From: Eledone cirrhosa
Taxonomy: Eukaryota
Reading direction: 5' to 3'
DNA: 64,000 nt
Assembly (NCBI GenBank): GCA_964016885.1
Contig: OZ024755.1
Location: forward strand, 3,844,001 to 3,908,000
The position numbers were made by a program, and so were the translations under genes. The notes below the pieces were generated by a model that was not told the DNA's origin, did no database searches, and worked only from the letters and a program-made list of their open reading frames with translations. Positions 41,372 through 55,877 of this stretch are shown in pieces (position 1 is the stretch's first letter; each line of letters begins with the position of its first letter).

Positions 41372-42096
41372 GTATGTATATTATTGCGTAAAATTACATT
41401 GAAGAGTGAACTGCATATGTGTATTCGCGTGTGTATGTGTGGTTGTGTGTATGCATGCATGCGTATGTGCACATGCGCAGGCAAACATCTGTTATAAAAC
41501 ATTAAAATGAAGTAAATTAAAGTGAAGAGAGCACAGAAACGTCATTTGAAGCACCATCATCACAAACAACAGCAACAACAGCAACAATAGCAACAATAGC
41601 AACACTAGCAACAATAGCAACAACGTCTAAGATAATAACGTCAACAAAAACAACAGTAGCAACAACAACAACGTCAACAAAAACAACAGTAGCAACAACA
41701 ACGTCAACAAAAACAACAGTAGCAACAACAACGTCACCAAAAACAACAACAGCAGTGGTAACAATAACAACAACAACAACATCAACAAAAACATGGACAA
41801 CAGTAACAACAGCAACATGAGAATGAATCAGACAGATGATTCGAAACAATATGAATATAGAGGAAAATAATATTCCTCACGGTCAAAATGGCGAACGACT
41901 TCTCATTTGGTTGTCGTTCTTTTGTGGTGTCATTCAAAGCCACCAGGTCTTCTTTCCTCGATCTCAACTTTAAACAATCATCTCGTTAAGATATATTTTT
42001 TTTTGGGTTAATGGTAACAGCTTCATAACTTCCAGTGACATGGAATTTCTATACACTTGTAATTTAGATTTTTGTGTGTGTGTGTGATGTGTGTGT

Positions 42097-42129
<33 letters not shown>

Positions 42130-42643
42130 TTATTTATATTTAATTAGTTATATTTAGTTTATATATGTATATAGTTATATATATATATATATATATATGT
42201 GTATATAGTTATTTATATATATATATATATAAATAAGACTCCAGTTGCATTTTCGATTTCATCTCTTTTTCTTTTTACTTTCACTCGTGTAGGACACCTC
42301 GGTTATTTTTCATTTTGTAAAAAAACCTCACTTTCTAATATATATTTATATATATACTTATATATATATATATATTTAGTTCTTTATATATATGTATATA
42401 TATATATATATATATATAATTATCAATATATAGTTATCTATATGTTTTAGATATTTATTTATCATGCTCAATATGTGGCCATATTCCAACTAATTGTAGA
42501 GTTTTTGTTTGTGTTTGTTTTTATTGTTTTTAGCGGGATTCTTCTTCTTTCTGTGTTAGAATTTCTTACGAAGTCTTCAGTGTCATTTTTTACTATTTAT
42601 TGATATTTTCACAGAGCTAGCATGCTGAGAGTTGCTTCAGTCT

Positions 42644-42689
<46 letters not shown>

Positions 42690-44489
42690 CCTTACACACA
42701 CATATATATATATATATCCCATACATATATATATGTATGTAAGGATGTATGTATGGGATATATATATATATATACATACATACATCCTTTACAAACACAC
42801 ATATGTATATATATATCCCATACATACATCCTTACATACATATATATATATATACACATACATCCCTTACATACATATTTATATACATCCCATACATACA
42901 TACATACACACAAAAACATATATACATATATATACATATATATACGTATATACATACATTATATGCATCATATACACATATGCATACATTCATACATATG
43001 TGACACATACATATATATATCGCAGGCATACATACATACACACAAACACATTTAAACGGATCTCTGCATATTTCCCGAGATGAATATCCAAGTTATTCTA
43101 TCAACTAAACTATTTAACGTACCGAATTAAAGTGTAAGTGGTCGAGTATTCCGCAAGCAATTAAACGAGGCAGATATCAGCTTGTCAGGTTTGTCAGATG
43201 ACTGATTATTAAAATCTGGTCATTAGAATTAGAGTTGGCGTCCATCACAACGACCTCCCGTCAGTTCCTCTCTACCTGATTTCTCTCACGCGGTTTCGTC
43301 ATTACCAACTGCACTTCTTAACTACTCAGCCATGATTACATAAAATGTGTGTATAAGTGTGTGTCTGTGTGTATGTCAGTGTGTTTGTGCTCAATACATA
43401 AAACCCACAGTTTTAAAACCCCTGTTGAACTGCATCTATGAATATATAGAGCTCTGTGAATTGGGTTGATCAGAATCTGACATTTAGCCTCTGAAGTTAT
43501 GGCGATCAGAAGTAACAATCTTTTGGATACCGGATATATGTCTACTATTCCACGAACGAAGGCATCCTAATCCTGCAATAATCATTGAAGCTCTGTAAAC
43601 TGAGTCATTGAGGGTTAAATGTCATTTCTAAACAATCACCACAATACATGTCACAAGGTGCCAAATGGTATCTGTCTTATTTAACCAAGAAATGTATAAT
43701 TATACATCTTAAAGTAAGGAATCCTCCACAATAAAAGTCATAAGGTATGAAGTAACACTCTGTCCTATTTACCCCCAGAAATATATAATGAGAAAATATA
43801 TTTTAAAGTAAGCAATCATCACCATACACATCGCATGGTACCAACTGGTACTTTGTCCTATTTACCGCTAGAAATATTTAATTATAAGTCACAAGATACG
43901 AATTGGTAGAAATTCTGTCGTATTTACCCCTAGAAATATTTACTTATAAGTCACAAGGTACGAACATGTAGATATTCTGTCGCATTCAAGCAAGAAATAT
44001 ATAATTATAACATAGTAAAATGTATTTTAAAGTCTCCCTCATGATTCTGGTTATATTCTGTTACTTTTCATAAACTCAGTTCACCTTTGTGTTATCAACT
44101 TTACTCTGAAATATTTTTTAAGTTCAAATAGCCTGTTGCATTAATATTTAAATTTTCGTTATTTTTTAAATATCGTCAACATAAAAATATTGGAAAGATA
44201 TTAAAATTAAATAAATTTACAATTTTTTTTTTCATAAATCTTATTTATGTTTCCTCGATATTAAAGTTCAAAATTGCTTTTAACTTTTTCATTTGTCGTT
44301 TAATTTTTTTTGCATATTTTAATTTTTTTTATTCTTCGTAAACTTAAAATGAACTAAAACTACTAATAATTGTAGAATGTAATACTAATACTCCTCTACC
44401 AATGTGAGAACTGGAGTAAAGTTCTTATATAACGTGAATAAAATTAGTCTTAGCCTAGCAAAAGCCAAATATTCTTCTTCTTTGTTTCC

Positions 44490-44830
44490 GTTTTCGTCTC
44501 CCACTTATTCCTGAGATGTATCGTGGGAGGCAGAGTCCCCTAAAAAAATCCTTCTAGTGGGTCATGTTAGAAGTAACCGTCATCAACTGATCTGGCTGGA
44601 TCCCCAAACGAGACCAGCCAAGCTCATGGATGTTATCCAACCATCTTACTCGGAGTCTACCCCTGGGTCTCCTGCCTGTTGGTTTTCTTCATAAAATCTG
44701 TCCCTGTCCAGAAATTATTTCCTGAAACATTCTAACCACATGTCCCATACTATCGGAGCTGTGATCCCTCAATTCGCGATCGTATTCTTTCTGCCATTGC
44801 CCAAGGTTCATGACCATAGGTAAGGGTTGG
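44490..44830 (-). mobile_element. RTE-clade LINE 3' fragment
   Basis: Minus strand: GHVVRM...KPTGRRPRGRLRVRWLDNIHE, the typical RTE C-terminal motif. Confidence 0.75.
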
Positions 44831-46028
44831 TATTTGTTACGTAGACATGAAAAGATAGCCAGAGACTTTTACGTATAATATCACATGCGCCATCTACATA
44901 AGAATAACCAGTTTTATTTTCGATATCTGTTATTCCAAAATATTTGTATTTCATTTTTGTTTTTACGTCATTGTATACTTAAAGAGAACTAATGTGAATT
45001 GTAGTTTTACACGATAATGTGCTTGGTGAAAGTAGTGAAGAAAGTGGAACTGTTGTCTATATTCACACACTCACACACACACACAGACACACACACACAT
45101 ACACACACTCACTGGCTCACTCACTCACTCACACGCACACTCACTCACTCACACACATACAAAACACACTCACACACTCTCTCTCACACACACACTCACT
45201 CACACACATACAGACACATAGACACACACACACTCACAAATACTCACACACACTCACATACATACACTCAGACACATACGCGAAAATACACACACACACA
45301 CTCACAAACTCACACATAATCACACACACTCACACATACACTCACACATACACTCACACATACACACACACACACTCACACACACACACACACACACACT
45401 CACACACACACTCACACACACACTCACACACACACACTCTCACATACATACACTCACAGAAACATACACGAAAATATATATATCCAATGATTGTACATCT
45501 AAAATCAAATTTCGATGTTCAAACAAACCACAGGCGGATTCTCCGAAATTATAGATATATCGTAAACCATAGCAGTAAATCAATAAAACGAAATAGATAA
45601 AATAAAAATAAGAAACAATTCAAATAAGGCAATAACAAACAAACAAAGACAGTCAACAACAGCAACAACAACAACAACAAGAGTGACAATGAATATCGGT
45701 ACAACATAAACATACAAGAACAAGTATTCCGTTCAATTGGTAAGTTCGGAACAGAGCCTAGAACGTGCAGAGAGAGAGAGAGAAACAGAGAGAGAGACAG
45801 GCAGAGACAGAGATATTTTCGTTGAGAAACAATAGAGGCAAAAATGTGAGGCAAAAGATGTACTGAAGATAATCATGAATGTATTGAAGCAAACATGAAA
45901 TGTCTGCAAACAGGTACTGCTAAATGTAAACAACAGATTAACTATAAAGTTATTTATTTTATTTATTTTGAAAAGGGAAATGGGAAGAGGGGCGAATATT
46001 GAAAGATCTATTTACAATGGTAGAGAAA

Positions 46029-46030
<2 letters not shown>

Positions 46031-46070
<40 letters not shown>

Positions 46071-46505
46071 TTGTGTGTTTGTGTGTGGGGGTTTGTGTTT
46101 GTATATATGTGTTTTTGTATATATATATATATATATATATATGTTTGTATATATATATGTGTTTGTATATATGTATATATATATGTGTTTGTATATATGT
46201 ATATATATATGTGTTTGTATATATGTATATATATATGTGTTTGTATATATGTATATATATGTGTGTGTGTGTGTTTGTATATATGTGTGTGTGTTTGTAT
46301 ATATGTATGTGTGTTTGTATATATGTATATATATGTGTGTGTGTGTTTGTATATATGTATATATATGTGTGTGTGTGTTTGTATATATGTATATATATAT
46401 ATGTGTGTGTTTGTATATATGTATATATATGTGTGTGTGTGTTTGTATATATGTATATATATGTGTGTGTGTTTGTATATATGTATATATATATATGTGT
46501 GTTTG

Positions 46506-46538
<33 letters not shown>

Positions 46539-46551
46539 ATATGTGTGTTTG

Positions 46552-46582
<31 letters not shown>

Positions 46583-46591
46583 GTGTGTTTG

Positions 46592-46622
<31 letters not shown>

Positions 46623-46777
46623 GTGTGTTTGTATATATGTATAAGTATATATATATATATATGTGTGTTTGTATATATGTATATGTATATATATATATGT
46701 GTGTGTGTTTGTATATATGTATATGTATATATATATATGTGTGTGTGTTTGTATATATATATATATGTGTGTGTTTG

Positions 46778-46828
<51 letters not shown>

Positions 46829-47380
46829 GTGTGCGTATATATATATATGTATCTGTGTGTGAATATGTATATATACATGTGTGAGAGATGGGGAGCGTGT
46901 GCGCGCGTATGTATATGTGTATACATGTGTACATATTTGTGTGTGTATATATGTATATATGTGTGCGTGTATATGTATATATACGTGTGTATATATTTGT
47001 GTGTGCGTATGTATGTGTGCGTGTATATGTATATATACGTGTGTGTATATATTTGTGTGTGTGTGCGTATGTATATGTGTGTGTATATGTATATATACAT
47101 GTGAGAGAGAAAGAGATGGGGAGTGCGTGTGTATTTATGTATGTGTGCGTATATATGTATATATGTATATGTGTGTGTATATGTATTTATACGTGTGTGT
47201 GTGTGTGCGTATGTATATGTGTGTGTATATGTATATATACATGTGAGAGAGGAAGAGATGGGGAGTGCGTGTGTATTTATGTATGTGTGCGTATATATAT
47301 GTATATATGTGTGTATATGTATTTATACGTGTGTGTGTGTATTTATGTATGTGTGCCTTATGTATAGGCATACATAGCAA
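46031..47380. repeat. Complex (TA)/(TG) satellite with internal duplications
   Basis: Recurrent TTTGTATATATG units and three GAGATGGGGAG blocks. Confidence 0.9.
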
Positions 47381-47636
47381 CATACATATCTACATACGTA
47401 TTTACACAGATTGATGGGCTAAGCATAAGATTTCAAGTATACAATAACAACAGCAACAATATTTTTGCTGTTTTGATGATTGATTTCGTTTGTACCCATA
47501 GAATACTATATTACGATAGTTGTATATTTCTATAGTTGTATATTTCTATAGTTGTATATATCTATAGTTGTTTATATCTATAGTTGTATATTTCTATAGT
47601 TGTATATTTCTATATATCCATAATTCTATATTTCTA

Positions 47637-47703
<67 letters not shown>

Positions 47704-48706
47704 CTATATATATCCATAATTCTATACTTCTATATGTCAATATATTTATATTTTTATAGTTTCTATAGATCTATATGTCTATGTATCTATAATTCTATAT
47801 TTTCTAAAGATCTCTAGTTCCATATGTCTATACGTCTATATATCCATAATTCTATATTTCTATGTCTATATATATATATAGCTATATATATCTATAATTC
47901 TATATTTTTATAGTTCAATAGATCTATATCTCTATATATCTATAGTTCTATATGTCTATAATTCTATAGTTCTATATGTCCATATGTCTATATATATCTA
48001 TAATTCTATATATCTATAGTTCTATATATCTATACTTCTATAGTTCTATCATTCTATATAATCTATTCATTCTCTTCATAAATATTTGTCAATTCTGCTT
48101 TTGTTAAAATAGAACAAAACTATTTTATATATTTCTTACAGAATTTATGATTTCTTCTTTCTTTTTTTCATCTTCGTCTTTTCTGACTTATCCGTACCCC
48201 CGTTTGGAGACACCATCGCAAATGCCCTCATGTGTGATTAATGTTTCTTACACGACGGCGAAAAGCAACCATATAATAATATATGCAGCTGACAAAAGGT
48301 CAGCCAGCTTAATGCCAAGATATCTTCACCAACATTAATTTCGGTGAGAGAGCAGAAACTAATATGAATGGCATTAAATTGTACGGTACACCTAACCAAA
48401 GATTCAAATCGCCGGTTTATCATGGCTAAAGGTCAAAATCCTTGCCTAGCTAATCAGTGAGGAGATATATACTGTAATGTGTGGAGGTCTTTTCGTGCGT
48501 GAATCTCATCAGGTTTTCACGGTATATTATTTACAAGTGAAAGGTTCTCTTCCATTGCGGGACTTGGATTGAAATAAAGTATTATGAAAATGAAACATTT
48601 AATTTCATTCTCAAGACATTGATTAGAAGTTAGAAGTAAGATTTTTCTCAACCTGGTTCTGAATCAATTGAGTGTTCTAACTACTAGAGATAGTATACAG
48701 TCATAC

Positions 48707-49347
48707 ATGAATATAGAGATGTGGTCCTAGCTACAGTGGGGGTTGTTACGACAGATGTGGTCCTAGCTACAGTGGGGGTTGTTACGACAGATGTGGTCCT
48801 AGCTACAGTGGGGGTTGTTACGACAGATGTGGTCCTAGCTACAGTGGGGGTTGTTACGACAGATGTGGTCCTAGCTACAGTGGGGGTTGTTACGACAGAT
48901 GAGGTCCTAGCTACAGTGGGGGTTGTTACGACAGATGTGGTCCTAGCTACAGTGGGGGTTGTTGGGATAGATGTGGTCCTAGCTACAGTGGGGGTTGTTA
49001 CGACAGATGTGGTCCTAGCTACAGTGGGGGTTGTTACGACAGATGTGGTCCTAGCTACAGTGGGGGTTGTTAGGACAGATGTGGTCCTAGCTACAGTGGG
49101 GGTTGTTACGACAGATGAGGTCCTAGCTACAGTGGGGGTTGTTACGACAGATGTGGTCCTAGCTACAGTGGGGGTTGTTACGACAGATGAGGTCCTAGCT
49201 ACAGTGGGGGTTGTTACGACAGATGTGGTCCTAGCTACAGTGGGGGTTGTTACGACAGATGTGGTCCTAGCTACAGTGGGGGTTGTTACGACAGATGAGG
49301 TCCTAGCTACAGTGGGGGTTGTTGGGATAGATGTGGTCCTAGCTATA
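48707..49347 (-). CDS. Probable internal exon encoding a mucin-like PTS tandem repeat (17 x TSVVTTPTVART)
   Basis: 17 units of 36 bp with substitutions only. The only open minus frame is 7/12 Pro/Thr/Ser. Candidate acceptor CCCCCACCAG|T at 49347 (alternatively TTCAG|T at 49396) and donor T|GTATGA at 48707. Confidence 0.6.
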
Positions 49348-49434
49348 CTGGTGGGGGTGGGGGGTGGGGGTTACGACAGATGTAGTCCTAACTACACTGA
49401 ATATACACATATATGATATACATACGACTGCATA

Positions 49435-49479
<45 letters not shown>

Positions 49480-49989
49480 CAGAAACATAGAATCCCATAT
49501 CCTCCCATATATATATATACACACATATATATATGTGTGTGTATGTGATATATATATATATATATATATACGCATATATATATATATGTGTGTGTATATA
49601 TATATTTCTATACGTTTACTAATCTAATGTAATGATAATCAATCTACAGATTTGAACAATAGAATTCGATAAAATACCATAATGCTTCTTAACAATAGTT
49701 AAACACCCACGCACACACTCCCACACTTACACACACACTATATATCGATCTATCAAATTATTTATCGATCAATCATCGATCCTCCTCTCACCGTTTCTCT
49801 ATTTCACTTTCCCTTGAGCTCCCACTTTCCCTCTCTCCCTACCCCCACCTCTCTCTATCACCCTCTCTCACCCCCTCTCACCCTATCGCCCCCCCCTCCA
49901 TCCTCACCCCGCTCTCTTTCATCCCTCTCTTTCTCACCCTCTCTCCCCATCTCTCTCACTCCGCCTCTCCCCCCATCTCTCTCTCTCTC

Positions 49990-50105
49990 TGAAGACGTGT
50001 GATTTAGTGGTTAGAGAGTTGGGTCAACAAATATGAAATTATGAGTTCGGTTCTCGGATAGTGATGTGTTGTGACCTTGAGCAAGACACTTTATTTGCCG
50101 TTGGT
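49990..50105 (+). mobile_element. V-SINE-like head (family 2)
   Basis: TTTAGTGGTTAGAG..GAGTTCGGTTCT..GTGACCTTGAGCAAGACACTTT. Confidence 0.65.
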
Positions 50106-50131
50106 ATACATACATATATACATATATATAC

Positions 50132-50236
<105 letters not shown>

Positions 50237-50371
50237 ACGAAGAAAGTGTGGTAAGGAACCAGATGGACCATAGCGCACCAGAGTACTCAATACTTTGGGT
50301 AGTAGAGTGGGTAATAGGAAAGGAATCGGAACCCGACGGCAGATCTCAAGCCGTTTCGACAGCTATTTCTG

Positions 50372-50419
<48 letters not shown>

Positions 50420-50471
50420 GTTTCTACTTTAGGCACAAGGCCAGCAATTACCCAGTGCATTACTGGTACTT

Positions 50472-50504
<33 letters not shown>

Positions 50505-50919
50505 ATCTCACTGTCAGCCGATGCATTGCAGTCATGCACCCCGTGAGACTGCGTTCATCCCCCGCCCACCAGTGTGGCTCCCCAGAGTAGACTGCTGAAC
50601 ATATATACATGTATATATATATACTAAGCTAGGGTACATATCTCAGCTCACCTGAGAATATGGACCACACAGACCCTAATCCTACAACAGTGGGCTTGCT
50701 TTAACCCTTGATTACATCACAGAATTGCAGCTCAGAGGCAAAAAGAAAATCTCTGGTTCCTTCTGTGTAGATACCTAGACGTAACAATAGAAATACGCAA
50801 TACAAATCTGCAAGATACCAAGTTCACTCATATATGTGTGTGTATGTATGTATGTATGTATGTATGTATGTATGTATGTATGTATGTATGTATGTATGTA
50901 TGTATGTATGTATGTATGT

Positions 50920-51528
50920 CAGGTCACCAGTTGCTGGTGCTACTGGTAACATGTATCCCAGTACAACCTGTCTCATGGTCGGGTCGTTGGCGACTAAACT
51001 GGCAACCCCACCAAGGTTTCTTGGTGAGGAGGGTGACTTTGGACATCCTGCAGGACTAAAAACAAAACCTGTCAAAGGGCAAAGGAGCTCTTAAGAGTCA
51101 ATGGCCATCCAAAATCACCGGGAGAGATGACCCCTTAGCCTTTGTCAAGGCAGAATTCTAGGAGAAGGAAAACTCTGATATAACACCTGCAACCCTGATG
51201 GTATCCAATGATGTTGACTTGTTCTTCTTTTTGGTAAATATCATCTTGGTTAAGAGAGTGGGACTGGCTTTGTGCAGTGCCTTTGCTCACTATAAAAGCT
51301 TCACGGCACAGGCATTGCTTTATATCTGGAGATCTCTCTGCACTTGTCGTCACATGGTACCAAAGGCAAAGCACTATGTGTCAATAATTGTCACAAGTGT
51401 AGTGTTTGTACCAGAGTTTTCAAGTCGCTGGCTGGACTAAAAAGTCACACTCGTTCAGCGCATCGGTAGGGGTTCTCCTACATGGATATAAAGTAGTGGC
51501 CGTACTCGAAAACGAGTTGGCAGCCACC
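50920..51528 (+). mobile_element. ~610-bp non-autonomous retroelement in (TATG)n
   Basis: No long ORF; 3' stem-loop ACTCG-AAAA-CGAGT before an (ATGT)n tail; a 5'-truncated copy lies at 34696-34999. Confidence 0.7.
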
Positions 51529-51815
51529 ATGTATGTATGTATGTATGTATGTATGTATGTATGTATGTATGTATGTATGTATGTATGTATGTATGTATGC
51601 GTGTGTGTGTGTGTGCGCTCAAATGTATGTGTTTGTGAGATATGTGTGTATATATATATATAAATCTTTTATGTTTTCCTGAAATATTAAAAGATTAATT
51701 TATGTGTGCTTGTATATGTGTGTATGAATGTATGTATGTACGTCAGTATACATGTACGTGTGTGTGTGTGTTTATAAATATATATATATATACACACATT
51801 AATACATACAGAAGA

Positions 51816-51853
<38 letters not shown>

Positions 51854-51881
51854 GCATTTATATATATATATTTATTTATGC

Positions 51882-51922
<41 letters not shown>

Positions 51923-52470
51923 CGTATGTGTATGCTCTTGTGTGTGTATTAATGTGTGCATGTTTTTATTGCATATTTACTCAAAACTATTCATGAACAT
52001 TATTAACAATCTTTTTATTACTACTACTACTATTACTACTACTACTACTACATTATAACAGGATTTTATAAAATCCCAAGATTGTATATCGTTATTTGTT
52101 CATTATTTACATGAAATATTTGAGTATGCTTTCTTGAGATTTACCATATAGTCTTGGATTATATCTTATCTACATTACATTCATTTACATTTACAACGTA
52201 CATGATGGCTTATTTTTTTTTTTTTTCTATTAAAAATATGTTTTTTAAAGAAAGTAAAATCTATAACACTATGCGTTCTTATAGTTCACGTGAAAGAGAA
52301 TTGTTGGTATTTTAGGTACACAAACGTTAATATGGCGTATATATTTATTTATATTCATACTCCCACGTTTTCTTGCCAACATATATTCATCCATGCATAA
52401 GTTCAAGCAGCCACATGGCCAGACACTAATACATATGTATATAAAAACTCAAATATGTAAATATATGTGT

Positions 52471-52472
<2 letters not shown>

Positions 52473-52501
<29 letters not shown>

Positions 52502-52583
52502 CGGTAAGAGCTATATATGTGTGTGTATATATATATATATATGTGTATATATATATATATATACGATAAGAGTTATATATATA

Positions 52584-52630
<47 letters not shown>

Positions 52631-52638
52631 GATAAGAG

Positions 52639-52680
<42 letters not shown>

Positions 52681-53045
52681 GATAAGAGTTATATATATAT
52701 ATGTGTGTGTATATATATATATATACGATAAGAGTTATATATATATATGTGTGTGTGTGTGTATATATATATACACACGATAAGAGCTATATATATATAT
52801 ATATGTATATATATACATATACAGTAAGAGCTATGTGTGTGTATATATGTATATACATATACAGTAAGAGCTATATATATATGTGTGTGTGTATATGTAT
52901 GTATGTATATATATATATATATATATAGATAAACACGGTAAGAGCTATATATATGTGTGTGTATATATATATATATGTGTGTGTATATATATATATATGT
53001 GTGTATATATATATATATATACGATAAGAGTTATATATATATATA

Positions 53046-53086
<41 letters not shown>

Positions 53087-53253
53087 GATAAGAGTTATAT
53101 ATATATATATGTGTGTGTGTATATATATATATACACGATAAGAGCTATATATATATATATGTGTATATATACATATACAGTAAGAGCTATGTATGTGTAT
53201 ATATGTATATACATATACAGTAAGAGCTATATATATATGTGTGTGTGTGTATG

Positions 53254-53287
<34 letters not shown>

Positions 53288-53332
53288 TAAACACGGTAAG
53301 AGCTATATATATATATAAACACGGCAAGAGCT
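52473..53332. repeat. Punctuated (TA)n satellite with CGATAAGAGT / CAGTAAGAGC / CGGTAAGAGC spacers
   Basis: About 17 spacer motifs with a higher-order duplication. Confidence 0.92.
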
Positions 53333-54186
53333 CGGCCGTAGCGCAGAACATCTTCACAATACTTACACACTGCTTTTTGAAGAACGGTAGATTGGTGGAA
53401 TATTGTTAGAGTTGGCCAAAATATTTCACACTATTTCTTCCATTTGTTTTCTACTTCTGTCAAAATTGTTGTCCTTTTGCCTAAATCAGAAACCATTATT
53501 TGGCCTATAAGTCAAACAATTACGTCGAGTGAATTGGCAGCCCTCAGTGAAGTTATGGGCATCCTCGGTGGCAACCCTCAGTGCGGTTATGTTTTTGTCT
53601 ATGTGAGAATTAATTATTTCTTTCTCCATATCTCATATCAATCTTCACTCTTTATCTTATTATTTATATATTCTAGGTAACTAGTTAACTTTCCAATATG
53701 AGAATATCTTTACCTAACACCCATTTGCCCGATTCCTTATCTATTACATAAATAATTTATAAATGCGATTTATATAAACTTTTCTAGAAAAACTCCATTA
53801 AAACATGCGTAGATCAATTTTAATTTCAGTTTTATTTTACAGTTGAATAAATTGATCGTTGTTATAAGTATCGGGGAAAGGAGGGGGGTCTCAGTGAAAT
53901 TCATATGTTATATAAAATCTAAAAGAAATATTCCATTACGCCTCAATCTTTATTTTCAATTAATTCCTTCAGTCACGAACTAATACACTATGTAGTTCAG
54001 TATAATTGGAAGAGTATCGTGTTATGTTTATAATATATCTAGATAACCGTATTAAATAGTATTTCTTGTAAAACCAATCCTAAATAATTCTGTACAGATA
54101 AATAAAGATATATTTCAATGACATTTGCTGGATTTAACCAGGAAAAAATTATGTTTAGGAATTGGTAAATAATCATTATCCATATA

Positions 54187-54360
54187 GCGGTGGATTGGCA
54201 GTATCGGTAGAGCGTCGGACACCATGCTTTGCAGCAAAGAGTTATGGCCCTTTATGGTCCGAGGTTAACTTTGCCTTTCATCCTTACAGGGTCGATAAAA
54301 TAAAGTACCAGTAATACACTGGAATAATTGCTGGCGTTGTGCCAAAAGTAGAAACTATTA
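54187..54360 (+). mobile_element. Meta/MESC-like SINE with B-box deletion
   Basis: Head, core and tail present; the GAGTTCAAATCC segment is missing. Confidence 0.8.
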
Positions 54361-55845
54361 TTCATATAGCAACATTGGCATAGTATTTTTTCTATTTTAA
54401 TTTTAGAGTGCCCCCTTCCTCTCTGAACTCTTTTGCCCACAGCCGCATGCTCAGAGTAGTCACTAATGTCATTCTCGTTACATTCACACAATGTTCGACG
54501 CTCTACCGATTACAGCTAATCCCTGCCACTTTAGAGGAATCAATAATGTCACCCACGACAGGATTTCAACACAAAAATCTCAAATCAAGATACGAAGATG
54601 CGCCAATGTATCGTGTAGAGTGATTCTTGTATTGGGGTCAGCCATATCGTTCTTCAGCTTCGTGTAATTACAGCTTGTGTCTTACAACTACGACTGCTAC
54701 TGCAAAAATTAACTCCATCTTCATTGAGAAGACAAAATGAAAATCTTCCATACTCAAGCAAACTATCAAAGGTTATAGCAAATTCTAATATATTCAGTTG
54801 AATTGATTCTCTGCTGTTTATGAAGTTCACTTCACGCTTAAATTATAATGGATGAATATATTTGCATTAATCTTCTCACTAAAGTGATGTAAAGAGATAT
54901 ATATGACAGATCGGGTTCCATTTAGTGACACAGTAAGAAAGCTGTACATTTGCATATTGTATTATATAAATGGAATGATTTCACTGAAGTTTAACAGTCT
55001 AGAAAAACTTGAATCTCTTTTTTTTTCACCATCTTACATGGATTTCTTTTTTTTTTAAACTTCACATATAAATAAAGATGTTTCAAATACATCTATTTAC
55101 ATATATGCATACCAAAAAATGCGTATATATACACCGATGACTTAAATTTGTGTCATATAACAATGTGAAGTTACGTGTGTATATGTTGCGTAAATCTTCC
55201 CGGAGCTATTGATATGCATAAATTGACATTATGTATTAATATGTACGTGCATAGATGATGTCCCTGGACGTCCAGTACTGCACATTTAGTTAAGTTGAAT
55301 ACAAATTCATACACACACACACACACTCACTCACATGCATATAAATACAAACACGTGTACACACACATGTATGTGTGTGTATATATATACACACACACAC
55401 ATACATGTGTGTGTACACGTGTTTGTACACACACATGTAAGAGAGAGTGAGAGACAGAATAGCGGAGGAGACAGACATAGCTAGAGGGAGAGGTTATTAG
55501 CCTGGGATTAATCTATACAAAAGTGTGTATAAGATTATTCTGGACACAGAAATTGAAAACATGTCTCGCTTCATAAATTAAAATCATACACTTCCTGTAT
55601 ATGAGAAGGAGGCTACAGGAAGTTCCTGCACTCTCTCTCTCTTTTTCCTCCTTTTTGAAATATTGTGTTAAAATCATACTCTTTCTCTCCCTCTTTCTCT
55701 CCCTCTTTCTCTCCCTCTTTCTCTCCCTCTTTCTCTCTCTCTTTCTCTCTCTCTTTCTCCCCCTCTTTCTCCCCCTCTTTCTCTCCCTCTTTCTCTCCCT
55801 CTTTCTCTCTCTCTCTTTCTCTCTCTCTCTTTCTCTCCCTCTCTT

Positions 55846-55877
<32 letters not shown>

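Noticed and set aside
45968-47383. Long ORFs (up to 378 aa) of Y/I/C/V/H/T
   Set aside because: Stop-free read-through of (TA)/(TG) microsatellite in several frames on both strands. The same applies to the other YIYI, SLSL, ERER and HTHT ORFs in the track.
48721-49416. 231-aa plus-strand ORF (VVLATVGVVTTD)n
   Set aside because: GTG start only; it is the antisense shadow of the Pro/Thr/Ser-rich minus frame.
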